Shown here: in pieces, positions 33,838 to 46,078 of the stretch
Layout: each line of letters starts with the position of its first letter
How positions within the stretch are numbered: the first letter of the stretch is position 1
Assembly: GCA_963727525.1 (NCBI GenBank)
Contig: CAVSGO010000003.1
Coordinates: forward strand, 1-64,000
Source: an uncultured bacterium
Lineage (GTDB): Bacteria > Krumholzibacteriota > Krumholzibacteriia > LZORAL124-64-63
Length of the DNA: 64,000 bases
Direction of reading: 5' to 3'
The notes under the pieces: model-generated
What the model saw: the letters and a program-made list of their open reading frames with translations, nothing else
What the model was told of the DNA's origin: nothing
Databases searched by the model: none
Translations under genes and position numbers: made by a program

Positions 33838-35135
33838 GGCGAAGTCTCCTCTCTGGGCAGATCCCAATCCTCCACCTCGAGCTGCGGTTCGATCGGCCGC
33901 CACGGGCGCTCATACGCGCTGCGAACCCGGGTCACGTGTGCCAGCGTGTCGGCCACGCGTCCGGTGATCCCGTACTGCAATTCCGCGGGAAACTCGAGCA
34001 GCACCCACTCGGTGACCTCGGCCAGGGTCGTGGCGCCCGCGGCGAGAGCCTCTGCGACCAACGTCTCGATGGCACGTCCAGTATCGACCGGCTCGACGAA
34101 CTCTGGCGCGGCCTCCCGGTCCGTTCGGAGCCTGGCCACCGGCGGGCGGTCGACTCTAGGTTCAAGGGGGCGTAGCAGCCGGATCGACGGCGTCGCCGCT
34201 ACCAGCAGGTGAAAGGGCGCCGCGGTCCACCCCGCGACCTGGTCACGAAGGCGTTGGCTCAGGGCCCGGTCAGGGTCGAGCCGAACCACGTCGCGCAGGT
34301 AGCGATGCACGTACTGATAGTATTCCGACCACGCGCGCTGCCGTGCACCACCCCAGGCTGCGATGCGGTCGACGTGCTCGATGACTCGCTGCACGGCCTC
34401 TTCGGGCTCAACCTGTTCCGCCTCACCGGCCAATGCCTGGATCTCCTGTAGCAGCGCCAAGAAGTGATGGGTATCGCGCAGCAGGACCTCGTTGAGCTCA
34501 CGCAGCGTGTCCGTGCTCGTCTCGAGCAGCGACTGGCAGCGATCCACGGCACCAAACCAGTCCGCCTGCAGGAGTTTCGCGATCTCCGCCTGGACCTCCT
34601 CCTGCTGGGAGTCGAGCCCGCGTTGCCGCCGTTCGATGCCGCCGACGAGATCTCCAACCGTCACACGCAGCGGGGCTACCACCTGCTGGTGCCAGTCTTC
34701 GTCGTCGACGGCGTGTTTCGCGGCAGCGAGGACTTCCGCGAGCTGGGCGCGCAACGTGCCGGTCAGCAGGGTCAGGCTCTCGCGGGTGAGCGCCTCGTCG
34801 GCGAGAAAATATTCGACGACGGCCGCGGCCAGCCGCGTGAGCGCATACTCGCCCGACCGGACGATGCCCGCGCCGTCGACCCGAGCCAACATGCGCTGGT
34901 CGCGCAATTTCTGGATGGTGTGGGTCGCCCGCGTGCGCGGCCGCTCCGTGCCCGGTTCGACCACGTCGCAGACCTGCTCGAACATATCGACGAGTACGTC
35001 CTCCTCGAACGACGCGAGCGCCGCGCGGTCCGCCCGAAGGTACAGGCTGGCCAGAAAACACAGGTCGATCGTCCTCAAGTCCAGATTGACCCGGTCCCGC
35101 ATGAGCGCGCCGATGAGGGGGTTCGGGTCGGGCAT
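33834..35135 (-). CDS. mukF: MukF-family kleisin
   Basis: LRDQRMLAR, YALTRLA, WHQQVVAPLRVTV, DSQQEEVQAEIAKLLQADW..A...CQSLL..STDTLREL and VRLDPDRALSQRLR. Confidence 0.9.
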   Translation of the reverse strand: MPDPNPLIGALMRDRVNLDLRTIDLCFLASLYLRADRAALASFEEDVLVDMFEQVCDVVEPGTERPRTRATHTIQKLRDQRMLARVDGAGIVRSGEYALTRLAAAVVEYFLADEALTRESLTLLTGTLRAQLAEVLAAAKHAVDDEDWHQQVVAPLRVTVGDLVGGIERRQRGLDSQQEEVQAEIAKLLQADWFGAVDRCQSLLETSTDTLRELNEVLLRDTHHFLALLQEIQALAGEAEQVEPEEAVQRVIEHVDRIAAWGGARQRAWSEYYQYVHRYLRDVVRLDPDRALSQRLRDQVAGWTAAPFHLLVAATPSIRLLRPLEPRVDRPPVARLRTDREAAPEFVEPVDTGRAIETLVAEALAAGATTLAEVTEWVLLEFPAELQYGITGRVADTLAHVTRVRSAYERPWRPIEPQLEVEDWDLPREETSP

Positions 35136-35371
35136 CAGGCCGTTCCAATCACCTGCCGACGTGGCGTGTCGAAGGGGTGGGGCCAATGGGGGGAAGCGCC
35201 CTGGCTGGTTGGCCAGCTCGAGGAGTGTAGGAGCCGGTTATCTGGCATATGTCGCAGCCCGATCTCTCGAAGCGTAGCGCCGCTGACGTGCCGACAGTCC
35301 GGACGATTCTATGGCGAAATCTGTAGGGGGACAACAAGGAAAGGCATGCAGGGGTAGACGATCATCCGGAG

Positions 35372-35425
35372 GGGTCAGCCCCGTCTCGTGGAGGATGTGC
35401 CAGAACCGATTTCGAGGATCGCGAA
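35372..35425 (-). pseudogene. Short scrap resembling mismatch-specific uracil-DNA glycosylase (Mug)
   Basis: PRNRFWHILHETGLTP matches the Mug pattern P.NRFW..L...G.TP; no flanking coding context. Confidence 0.4.
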
Positions 35426-35792
35426 GCATGAAATCTCCGATCTTGGCTCAAATTTTCGAAAACGAGATTCTCTTACAGCGTCGGATTTGGAGCGATACAA
35501 ACTCCAACAATTTGGAGCGTTTTTAAAATACGAAATCAAAATCAGCCAAAATTGAGCAATTCTAGATAGCCTGAAAGATTTGCAAGTTTAGTGGAGCTCA
35601 TTGGGGAGAGAATTAGAGTGCGTGGAATCGCTTGTCTTTAGCACAATTGAATCGATCGGGATTAGAGTGGGCTCAAGGAATTCTATTGAATCACCCCCCA
35701 ATTTGCTGTTTCTGTCTCGTCCCCTTGCAAGTTTTGCAAGATTGCCATAGAATCCGGCTCAGTGGCTTCGGAACTGAAGGAAGAAGAGCAAG

Positions 35793-37373
35793 TTGGCAGA
35801 ACTGAGGGTCAACCCCTACAACCCCGGAAACCCGGTCAAACCGGCCCATTTCGCCGGCCGGACGGCCGAGATCGCGGAACTCGGGGCGAAGCTGGCGGCA
35901 GCCAAGGAAGGGTTCCCGGCCAGCATTTTCGTTCAGGGAGAATGGGGAATCGGGAAAACCTCCCTGCTCAAGAAGATGCACTCCGAATTCAGCAAGCATG
36001 GGGTCGTGATTCGTGAGGATGTGCCGGAGGGGACGGCAGAAACCCAGATTCGCGCTCTCTATCCGGCCATTTTTCAGGACCTGAAGGCTGAAACCGGGAT
36101 TGAGATCGAGGCGAACGCTGAGATCGACTACGACCAGCCTAGAACTCTTCGGATTCTGCTCACGAAGCTGGTCTCCGCCCTTTGGGAGCAGAAGAGCCAG
36201 TTGGCGATCGTCGTCCTCGATAACCTGGAGCGGGCCCAGCCGGAGTTTCTGGCCGGGGTCAAGGATGTCTTCCAGCGAGTGGGCGAGGATGCTCCTCATT
36301 TCATGCTCGTATTCGCCGGGAAGTCATTACCTGGCGCCGGACAACACGCCTCCGACCCCATCGCCCGCTTCTTTCAGACGATCCCGGTCGGACCGATGTC
36401 GGATGCCGAAGCTCTGCAGGCGATTTCCAAGCCCATCGAACTGGACCCTGAATTTCTGATAGATGACGAGGCCGCTCAGATGATCCAGGAGCAAACGGCA
36501 GGGCACCCCTATTTTCTGAAGCAGGTCTGCTCCCACGTCTTCCAGTGCGCCGGCGGCACCGGAAGGATCGATAGGGAATGGCTGGAAAGGCACTGGAGTG
36601 ACGTCGAAGTCAGCCTAGAGGATTCTCGGTTTCGTTCAGAGTTTGTGGACCTCCCGAAGGCGGAATCGACGACTCTGATGTTCGGTAGCCTGCACGGAGT
36701 GGAGTTCCCTCGGTCCGCGGTCGCCGAGCCGAAGGGCTCAACCCTCGACTCCGCTCTCCGTCGTTTGACGAAGGAGCGAGGACTCCTCAGGTCCGCTGCG
36801 CGGGGGATTTACGCATTCTACCACCCCCTGTTCCACGCTTACGTATTGGCCAAGGCCCATGGCGAGGGTCTCGTGGAGCCCCGTGAAGTGGGCCGGTCCC
36901 TCGAGGAAGTCATTGGACAGGGCGAGAGCAGCAACCTGGAGTTCAAGGAGACACTTCAGTTCAATATTGTTACCGAGAAGAAGGACGCTAAACTTGCCAA
37001 CGCCGTATTGAAGACGATCGCGGCGTTCCACAACACCGGTGGCGGGACCCTCCTCATTGGAGTTGCGGACGACGGTTCGGTCAAAGGGCTTGACCGCGAT
37101 CTGAGCTTGCGCCCGCCAAAAAAGAGGAACGATGATCAGTACACCCTTATGCTCCAGGACCTGGTCCACGACAATCTGACGCCCAAGCGCCCCAACAGGG
37201 TTGATATCCGGATCGAGGAACTGGCTGGCGGTAAGATCTGTGTCGTCGACGTTCCCGCGCTCGCTGAAGTCACCTATCTCGGGGACAAGCTGTTCGTGCG
37301 AGATGGCCCCCGGTCTATTGAGCTCGCGGGAGAAGAGATGGAGCGATTCCTGCGGGGCCGGGGCACTGACTGA
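35793..37373 (+). CDS. P-loop ATPase (AAA_16/STAND-like) + winged helix + C-terminal Schlafen/AlbA_2 domain
   Basis: NPYNPGNPV..HFAGRTAE, GEWGIGKTS, IVVLDNLE and TAGHPYFL; C-terminal GESSNLEFKETL, KTIAAFHNTGGGTLLIGVADDG and FVRDGPRS. Confidence 0.85.
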   Translation: MAELRVNPYNPGNPVKPAHFAGRTAEIAELGAKLAAAKEGFPASIFVQGEWGIGKTSLLKKMHSEFSKHGVVIREDVPEGTAETQIRALYPAIFQDLKAETGIEIEANAEIDYDQPRTLRILLTKLVSALWEQKSQLAIVVLDNLERAQPEFLAGVKDVFQRVGEDAPHFMLVFAGKSLPGAGQHASDPIARFFQTIPVGPMSDAEALQAISKPIELDPEFLIDDEAAQMIQEQTAGHPYFLKQVCSHVFQCAGGTGRIDREWLERHWSDVEVSLEDSRFRSEFVDLPKAESTTLMFGSLHGVEFPRSAVAEPKGSTLDSALRRLTKERGLLRSAARGIYAFYHPLFHAYVLAKAHGEGLVEPREVGRSLEEVIGQGESSNLEFKETLQFNIVTEKKDAKLANAVLKTIAAFHNTGGGTLLIGVADDGSVKGLDRDLSLRPPKKRNDDQYTLMLQDLVHDNLTPKRPNRVDIRIEELAGGKICVVDVPALAEVTYLGDKLFVRDGPRSIELAGEEMERFLRGRGTD

Positions 37374-37400
37374 CCCGCTCGAGAAAGGCGGGGCTTTTTC
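37374..37400 (+). terminator. Possible intrinsic terminator
   Basis: CCCGC...GCGGG hairpin followed by CTTTTT, right after the stop codon. Confidence 0.4.
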
Positions 37401-37602
37401 AAAGACGACACGCCAGCCTGGCCTCCCAAACCCTGGCCGGCGTGGCAAGTCGTGGCCGTGTAACATTCCCTTTCTGAGTTTCCTATATCACGATCCAGGG
37501 TCCCAAACTCGATTCCATGGCGGCGGGTCCGACCACTGGTGGTGCGGTCGGCGAGCACCTCGCGAGGGTACTCCAATCGATGGCCATGGGCTGGATGCAA
37601 GC

Positions 37603-38487
37603 GTGAAGCTCTTTCGAGCATTCGCGAGCAAGATCGCCAAGCGCGGCCGGCGCTATTGGCAGCATCAGCTCCTCGAGAAGCTGAACGCCCAGCGATACGG
37701 TGCGCCCGGCTCATTCAATCAAGTCGAGAGACTCGTGTGGTCTCTCGCCGCTGCGCTCGAGAAGCCGACGGCGGCTGAGGGGCTCAGGGGTGCTCAATCG
37801 CTGACGGAGGAGGGGTATGCCACCTGGCTCGAGCGGCTGCGTGAGATCGTCTCGTTGGCCGAGCGGGCCGGCGTGCTGGTGGGACGAGTTCGGATGCTCG
37901 AACGGGAGATGGCCAACCTGCCGAAGTTGCTCGACAGGATCAAGATGGCGACTTCGGACGCCGAGGTACATACGGCCCGGGAGAGCGTGTCCATGTGGAT
38001 GCGCCACGTGAACCTCGTGTTGGCGGAGATGCGTGCGGAGGTCGAGGAGGAATTCCACGTCGATCTCATCACAGTGCTGCCCGATGCGCTCCGTGCCCAG
38101 GCCGGGGCGCTCGCCGCGAGCCGTATTGATGTGACGGTGCAGGGGGTCGGGGTGGAACCGGCGAGCTGGCGGCCCGACACTGGGCCGCGGGTCGTTTGCG
38201 ACGCCGATGATCTGCGGATCGTTCTCGACGAGGTCGTGGGCAGTGCGATCGTGGCGATGGAGGGGGCGGCCCTGCGGGTGTTGTCCATTGACTGGCTTCA
38301 GGGGGACCACGACATCGAGTTGCGCGTCAGGAGCACCGGAAGCGTCGGGACTGAGAACAAGTTTGCGTCCGAAAACGCCCGGCACGGCCTTCGCCTGTTC
38401 ATGGGGGCCACCTGGGTCGCACCGGACCCGTCGGATGGAGAACCGGCCGTCGTGGTGCGGCTTCGGACCGTGGCCGATCACGGTTGA
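37603..38487 (+). CDS. Hypothetical protein with a degenerate HATPase_c-like C-terminus (start uncertain)
   Basis: VVCDADDLRIVLDEVVGSAIVAM, IELRVRSTGSVG and HGL resemble decayed N, G1 and G2 boxes. Confidence 0.45.
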   Translation: MKLFRAFASKIAKRGRRYWQHQLLEKLNAQRYGAPGSFNQVERLVWSLAAALEKPTAAEGLRGAQSLTEEGYATWLERLREIVSLAERAGVLVGRVRMLEREMANLPKLLDRIKMATSDAEVHTARESVSMWMRHVNLVLAEMRAEVEEEFHVDLITVLPDALRAQAGALAASRIDVTVQGVGVEPASWRPDTGPRVVCDADDLRIVLDEVVGSAIVAMEGAALRVLSIDWLQGDHDIELRVRSTGSVGTENKFASENARHGLRLFMGATWVAPDPSDGEPAVVVRLRTVADHG

Positions 38488-38527
38488 TTCCTCGACGGAC
38501 GGGATCACGCGTATTCTCGCCGCCCTC

Positions 38528-41203
<2,676 letters not shown>

Positions 41204-41790
41204 GGGGGGCCTCGCAGCGATCTGGGGTGTCGGGGTTCGCGGCGGCACCGCACTGGTCACGATCGTGATAAGATATGATCAGTCTTGATTTGCGCTCTTT
41301 TTGGGGGGGCTGGAGGCTTCTCGGCAGGGGGGTTGATGGCGAACCCTGCCGTCAGGGCTACGGGACGTTGAACGAAGTCCTCGCGTCGCCGCGTGAGTGT
41401 CGTCCGGATGGTCAGACTCCACGTCTAGAGTTGGGGTGGTCGTACGCCACGCTCAACGCCATCTATGAGAATTCTTGTGTATTCGAACGCCATGACGGAC
41501 TCCTCGTCGTAAGCTACGGTTGTGCAAGTATCTAGCTCAAGTTCTTCTCTTGTATCCAATTCATAGGTGGCGGACCACTCGGATCGTCGTGATCTAGAGA
41601 ATGCTGAATCTATGTAACCCACGCGCATATATAACGATACGAGACGCCTGGCGGGCACTTGAATCGGCATGGCAAATGCCATTACATGAGTTGATGGGGA
41701 AGAAAGCGATTCTCGGCGCACACGCCGTCTCCAGTAACTGAAACGCCTTCTGCTAGACATCGAGCCCGCGTATCAGCTAGCCGGTAGTTC

Positions 41791-43290
41791 ATGAAAGGAT
41801 TTGGGATCATCGTGGATACTCCTCTCTTGAGACGAATTTCCGTTGCCGGGCAGGTCTTTCTCCTCGGTTTGTCGCTGACCTCGTGCTCCAACTTCGATCC
41901 GATCGCGCCACCTCCCGCCGAGGTGCCGCGGGTGACTACACTGGTCGTTCCGGACGCATTCACTTCCATTGGAGCAGCGCTCGCGGAAGCATCATTCGGC
42001 GACACCGTTTCTGTCCGTGCGGGCACTTACGTCGAGACCAATCTCGTACTCATCGGGGGTGTCTACCTCAAAGGCGATGGGGCCGACTCCGTCACTATAG
42101 ATGCCAGCGATCTTGGTGGTGGTGACGTGCTTACGATCGCGAAGGGCGCACATGGAAGTGCCGCTTACTTGCATGGTATCGCCATCGATGCCGACTTTGG
42201 CACGGCTATCACGGTAGAGGAAGGAGTGAGGGCGTTTATTTCCGGTTGTAGAATTTCGGATTCTTACAACGGACTCGTTGTGGCCTGCTTCAACACGATC
42301 TCATCCGTTCAGCTAGACTCGTGTGAATTCGACAACAATGGAGCTCTCGAAGATCACTTCGGATCGCCCGGGCCCAACGCAATTTTCCTCGAGGGCTTGT
42401 GTGGCTGCTACCTTTATGACAGTACATTCACGGGCAACAAGAGCGATCTCCGAGGAGCAATATTCTGCAGAGGCGACGCCAGCGTGATTGAAGCCATTCG
42501 GTGCACATTCGCTGGTAACATCTCTGCCGGCAACGGTGCGGGGGCGGCAATCAGTGCGCAAGATGCGCACTTCGTGTATGCGCAGGGTTGCCATTTCGAG
42601 AACAACCAAGCGGCAACAGGTGGTGCTGTGGCTGTGACAAACACCGACCTCGTCCGCATCGAGGATTCCGACTTCCGCCAGAATCATGCTGGGCTTGGCG
42701 GAGCCGTTCTTCTTGCACGTATACAGGAGGCCAGAATCACCAATGACTTGTTTGTGGACAATACTGGTTATCGCGGTGGGGCGTTGAATCTCATGCAGGG
42801 AGCTTTCATGGTGTCGGGGTGTTTCTTTATCGGGAATGGCGTAGAAGACGATGGGCCGTTTTCACCACAGTCGACCGGCGGAGCGATCTTGGCGGACTTT
42901 GATGCGTTACTAACGGTCGAAGATTCGACGTTTTATGGAAACTGGGCCTACGGAGAGCCGGGGTATGCCGGTAGTGGCGCTTGTATCGATTTTCGGAGCG
43001 AGGTCGGTTACCTCTATATTCAGAATAGCATTCTTGCGGGTTCTCCTATGGGCGAATCGGTCAGTGGTATCGTTGCCGTCCTTGACGTCGACACAAGCGA
43101 TGTGTACGGGAACGTTGATGGGAACTACGCAGGCCTAATTGAGGAGTTCGCGGATGTCAATGGTAATATCTCCGCTGATCCTCTCTTCTGCGATCCGGAT
43201 CTTGGCGACTTTCGCCTTTCCGCCGGTTCGCCATGCATGACGGGGAACGGAGCCGTGCGAATGGGTGCTGGGAGCTCAGGATGCGAGTGA
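41791..43290 (+). CDS. Secreted or lipoprotein right-handed beta-helix repeat protein
   Basis: LSLTSC lipobox-like motif, VPDAFTSIGAAL...GDTVSVRAGTY, FxxN/GGA repeats, C-terminal GNISADPLFCD...DFRLSAGSPC. Confidence 0.8.
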   Translation: MKGFGIIVDTPLLRRISVAGQVFLLGLSLTSCSNFDPIAPPPAEVPRVTTLVVPDAFTSIGAALAEASFGDTVSVRAGTYVETNLVLIGGVYLKGDGADSVTIDASDLGGGDVLTIAKGAHGSAAYLHGIAIDADFGTAITVEEGVRAFISGCRISDSYNGLVVACFNTISSVQLDSCEFDNNGALEDHFGSPGPNAIFLEGLCGCYLYDSTFTGNKSDLRGAIFCRGDASVIEAIRCTFAGNISAGNGAGAAISAQDAHFVYAQGCHFENNQAATGGAVAVTNTDLVRIEDSDFRQNHAGLGGAVLLARIQEARITNDLFVDNTGYRGGALNLMQGAFMVSGCFFIGNGVEDDGPFSPQSTGGAILADFDALLTVEDSTFYGNWAYGEPGYAGSGACIDFRSEVGYLYIQNSILAGSPMGESVSGIVAVLDVDTSDVYGNVDGNYAGLIEEFADVNGNISADPLFCDPDLGDFRLSAGSPCMTGNGAVRMGAGSSGCE

Positions 43291-43354
43291 TTGGTCCGTG
43301 CGGCAAGATCAGTGTGGGCTCCGCCCGGGTTCCAGCGGAGCCCCGAAATGGCGA

Positions 43355-43981
43355 CTATCTGAAGATCGACTTCACATTGCTCCATGACTGCTCGTAGGCG
43401 GCGACGGTCGGCTCGACACTCACTCCGTCGAGAATCGGTCCCCAGTAGCCGCTGGGATCTGGGCTGCTGAAGGTGACCGTCGTCTGGTCCGCGATCGCGG
43501 TGAACTCGACGGAGAACTCGCCGTACTGGAGGTCGTACTGTGGCGAGCCTGGCTGGGCGAATTGACTCGTGATATCCGCGACGTCGACCTGGACGAGTCG
43601 GGGATTCGTGAACCAATCGGAGGCTGCAAAGTGGAACGTGAGCAGGTATGTCGCGCCGACCTCGGTCGCAAACGTCTGGGAAATCGTGCCGGAACTATCG
43701 CCGTTTCTGTTGAGGTCGACGACGAGATCACCGTCGTAGGCCGGCCCGAAGTGCGCCCCCGAACCCTCGACTCCTCCGAGGTGCCAATCGACGCCGTCGC
43801 CGCCGACGGACCAGCCTGTGATCGCCGTACTGCCGGCAGGCACCGTCACGACGGCTTCGCCGGGAGCAAAGTCGCCCAGCTCGAAGGACCCGTTCATAAT
43901 GAGATCGGCGAGCGCTGCGCCCGCCCCCACGAATACCAGACCGGCAATGAAGCCCGTCGCGAGAATCATGCGCTTTGACAT
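43355..43981 (-). CDS. Secreted DUF642/choice-of-anchor-C-like protein with a SWxxVKS C-terminal motif
   Basis: Signal peptide, LIMNGSFE, ITGWSV, DLN..G.ISQTFAT..GATY, GPILDGVSV; GGAGG ribosome-binding site. Confidence 0.75.
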   Translation of the reverse strand: MSKRMILATGFIAGLVFVGAGAALADLIMNGSFELGDFAPGEAVVTVPAGSTAITGWSVGGDGVDWHLGGVEGSGAHFGPAYDGDLVVDLNRNGDSSGTISQTFATEVGATYLLTFHFAASDWFTNPRLVQVDVADITSQFAQPGSPQYDLQYGEFSVEFTAIADQTTVTFSSPDPSGYWGPILDGVSVEPTVAAYEQSWSNVKSIFR

Positions 43982-44123
43982 CGAAGTTGCGCCTCCCGTA
44001 GTCGTTGAGCCGTCAGGCCGCGTGGTGGCCCCTCCCTCCATAGGTGAATGCGATAGGTTAGGCGGATTTCGGAAGGAACAGATGCGCCTGACTGGCGTCA
44101 CCTACGTTTTCCGATAGGAGCCA

Positions 44124-44165
44124 GCCGGCTTGAGGTCGCGGTGCACGATGCCCTTCTCGTGCGCG
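44124..44165 (-). pseudogene. 42-bp scrap of a kinase catalytic loop
   Basis: Encodes AHEKGIVHRDLKP; 41/42 nt identical to 40797-40838. Confidence 0.7.
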
Positions 44166-44170
44166 ACCAA

Positions 44171-44280
44171 TTGGCTCATACCGCGCCGATTGGGATCATT
44201 TTTTGGAAATATGAGCCAAAAAACTGGACAAATGGCTCACATTGCCAGAAAATGATCCATAAACAGCGGCCGTGATCCAT
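44171..44280 (+). promoter_or_regulatory. Repeated operator-like motifs upstream of the Fic gene
   Basis: Inverted pair TTGGCTCATA...TATGAGCCAA, plus GGATCA, TGGCTCA and TGATCCAT x2. Confidence 0.45.
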
Positions 44281-44305
44281 TCCGCGATTCCGAAAGCGAG
44301 CACAC

Positions 44306-45352
44306 ATGCGCTCCCTGACACCGTCCTACCTGGACAGTCTCCAGTTCTCTGCTCGGCAGCTCGAGACGTTGAAGCGGATTGGCGAGTACCAGGGCAAGCA
44401 GGTTCTCTACGCGGAGCGGCTGCCCGAGGTGCTCAAGACGATGCGTCGCGTGGCGCAGGTCGAATCGACCGAATCGTCCAACCGCATCGAGGGGATCGAG
44501 GCGCCGCGCCGGCGCATCCAGGGTCTCGTCATCGAGGGGACGGCGCCGCAGAATCGGTCCGAGCAGGAGATCGCCGGTTACCGCGACGCGCTCGCTCTCG
44601 TCCACGAGTCTGCCGACCACATGGAGCCGTCCACGAACGTCATCCGACAGCTCCACACGATCATGTATCGCTACCTCCCGCAACCCGGGGGGCAGTGGAA
44701 GATGGTCGACAACGAGATCGTCGAACGCGACGCCGCCGGCGTCCTGCGCGTGCGGTTCAGACTCGTCCCGGCGGTGGCCACGCCGCAGGCCATGGACGAT
44801 CTGGCCATGGGACTGCGACGCGCCTTGCAGGTCGAGGAGCGTCCCGGGCTCGTGGTCGCGCCCCTGGCTGTGCTCGACTTCCTGTGCATCCACCCGTTCA
44901 CCGATGGCAACGGACGCGTGTCGCGGTTGTTGTCCTTGCTCCTGCTCTATCGCCTCGGCCACCAGGTCGGCCGCTACATCAGCCTCGAACGTATCACCGA
45001 GGAATCGAAGGAGACCTATTACGAGGCGCTCGAGGCGAGTTCGCGTGGCTGGCACGACGGCCGTCACGACGTCCACCCCTGGCTCGACTACTTCTGGGGC
45101 GTCCTGCTGCGCGGCTTTGCCGAGTTCACCGAGCGGGTCGGCGGCCTGAATCAGGGGGCCGGCAGCAAGGCGGCCGTCGTGCGCGAGGCCGTGTCGCGCC
45201 TCGTCGGTCCGTTCGCCCTGGCCGACGTCGAACACGAATGTCCGGGCGTCAGCCTGGCGACGATCAAGCGTGAACTGGCGGCCATGCGCGATGAAGGGTT
45301 GGTGCTCCTCGACGGTCGCGGACGTGGGGCGCGGTGGCGACGGGTGTCGTAA
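44306..45352 (+). CDS. Fic family protein with a C-terminal wHTH
   Basis: SNRIEG motif, HPFTDGNGRVSR, C-terminal PGVSLATIKREL...G.GRGARW. Confidence 0.92.
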   Translation: MRSLTPSYLDSLQFSARQLETLKRIGEYQGKQVLYAERLPEVLKTMRRVAQVESTESSNRIEGIEAPRRRIQGLVIEGTAPQNRSEQEIAGYRDALALVHESADHMEPSTNVIRQLHTIMYRYLPQPGGQWKMVDNEIVERDAAGVLRVRFRLVPAVATPQAMDDLAMGLRRALQVEERPGLVVAPLAVLDFLCIHPFTDGNGRVSRLLSLLLLYRLGHQVGRYISLERITEESKETYYEALEASSRGWHDGRHDVHPWLDYFWGVLLRGFAEFTERVGGLNQGAGSKAAVVREAVSRLVGPFALADVEHECPGVSLATIKRELAAMRDEGLVLLDGRGRGARWRRVS

Positions 45353-45490
45353 CGATGGCCGGACAGGTCGGGACGTCGCTGGACCTCGTCGATCGCGACC
45401 ATGAATTCGGAACGATGGAATTTCTGACTCAGCCCTCCGAGTGATTTTTGGTCGTTATCATAAACTGTTTTTTTACTTGGCTTTACGGCT

Positions 45491-45504
45491 TCCAGCCGGC
45501 TGGA
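45491..45504. repeat. Palindrome TCCAGCCGGCTGGA, copy 1
   Basis: TTTACGG-nn-TCCAGCCGGCTGGACA also occurs at 54206-54230. Confidence 0.7.
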
Positions 45505-45693
45505 CACTCCGATGGATGCTCCTAGACAGTGCTTTTACTCAGGTATTGATGAGATGGCTTCTATGGTCACTTCGCAGTGCGGGCGGCGAGACGCCCTGAC
45601 GACCAACGGCGACTTGCCATGCCGGAGCAGACCTGTATCCTTTTCTGTACGAAGTGAAGCAGCGCACCAGCCTGATCGAAGAAGGAAAACGAT

Positions 45694-45822
45694 ATGCACG
45701 GACTGTGGTCGGCCGATATGTGGGGAACGCCCGTCGGATTGGGCATCTTCTTCCTCGGCATGGGCATCGGAATGGGCATGTTCTTCTGGGGCGTGAGCAA
45801 GCTCCCCACGAAGAAGGACTAG
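45694..45822 (+). CDS. 42-aa Gly-rich single-TM microprotein, copy 1
   Basis: MHGLWSADMWGTPVGLGIFFLGMGIGMGMFFWGVSKLPTKKD; AAGGA ribosome-binding site; paralog at 53536-53664. Confidence 0.8.
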   Translation: MHGLWSADMWGTPVGLGIFFLGMGIGMGMFFWGVSKLPTKKD

Positions 45823-45879
45823 CGCCGACCCCGTAGCACGCCGCCCCCAGGCGACCCGAAAAATAATGTGACACGTTAC

Positions 45880-46078
45880 ACCAGTCAGGCCAGGTCTTCG
45901 CCATGGCTTCCTTGAGTGCCTCGCGTGTTTCGAATTTGGAGAGGTCTCCGAGCTTGGTCCAACCGATGGCGACAAAACCCTTGTCCCGCGCCTGCAGGGC
46001 GGTCTCTTGATCGTCGGCCATGTGCAGTACCCAGAGCGTCTGGCGACCCTCAAACGGATTGGCTGATTGAGTGCTCAT
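45880..46078 (-). pseudogene. N-terminal remnant of a restriction endonuclease-associated (Mrr/McrB-type) domain
   Basis: LWVLHM...GFVAIGWTKLGDLSKFETREALKEAMAKTWPD, after which the similarity ends. Confidence 0.5.

Noticed and set aside
41425-41760. Short minus-strand ORF between the kinase and the beta-helix gene
   Set aside because: No motif or clear ribosome-binding site; it could be real, but I cannot support it.
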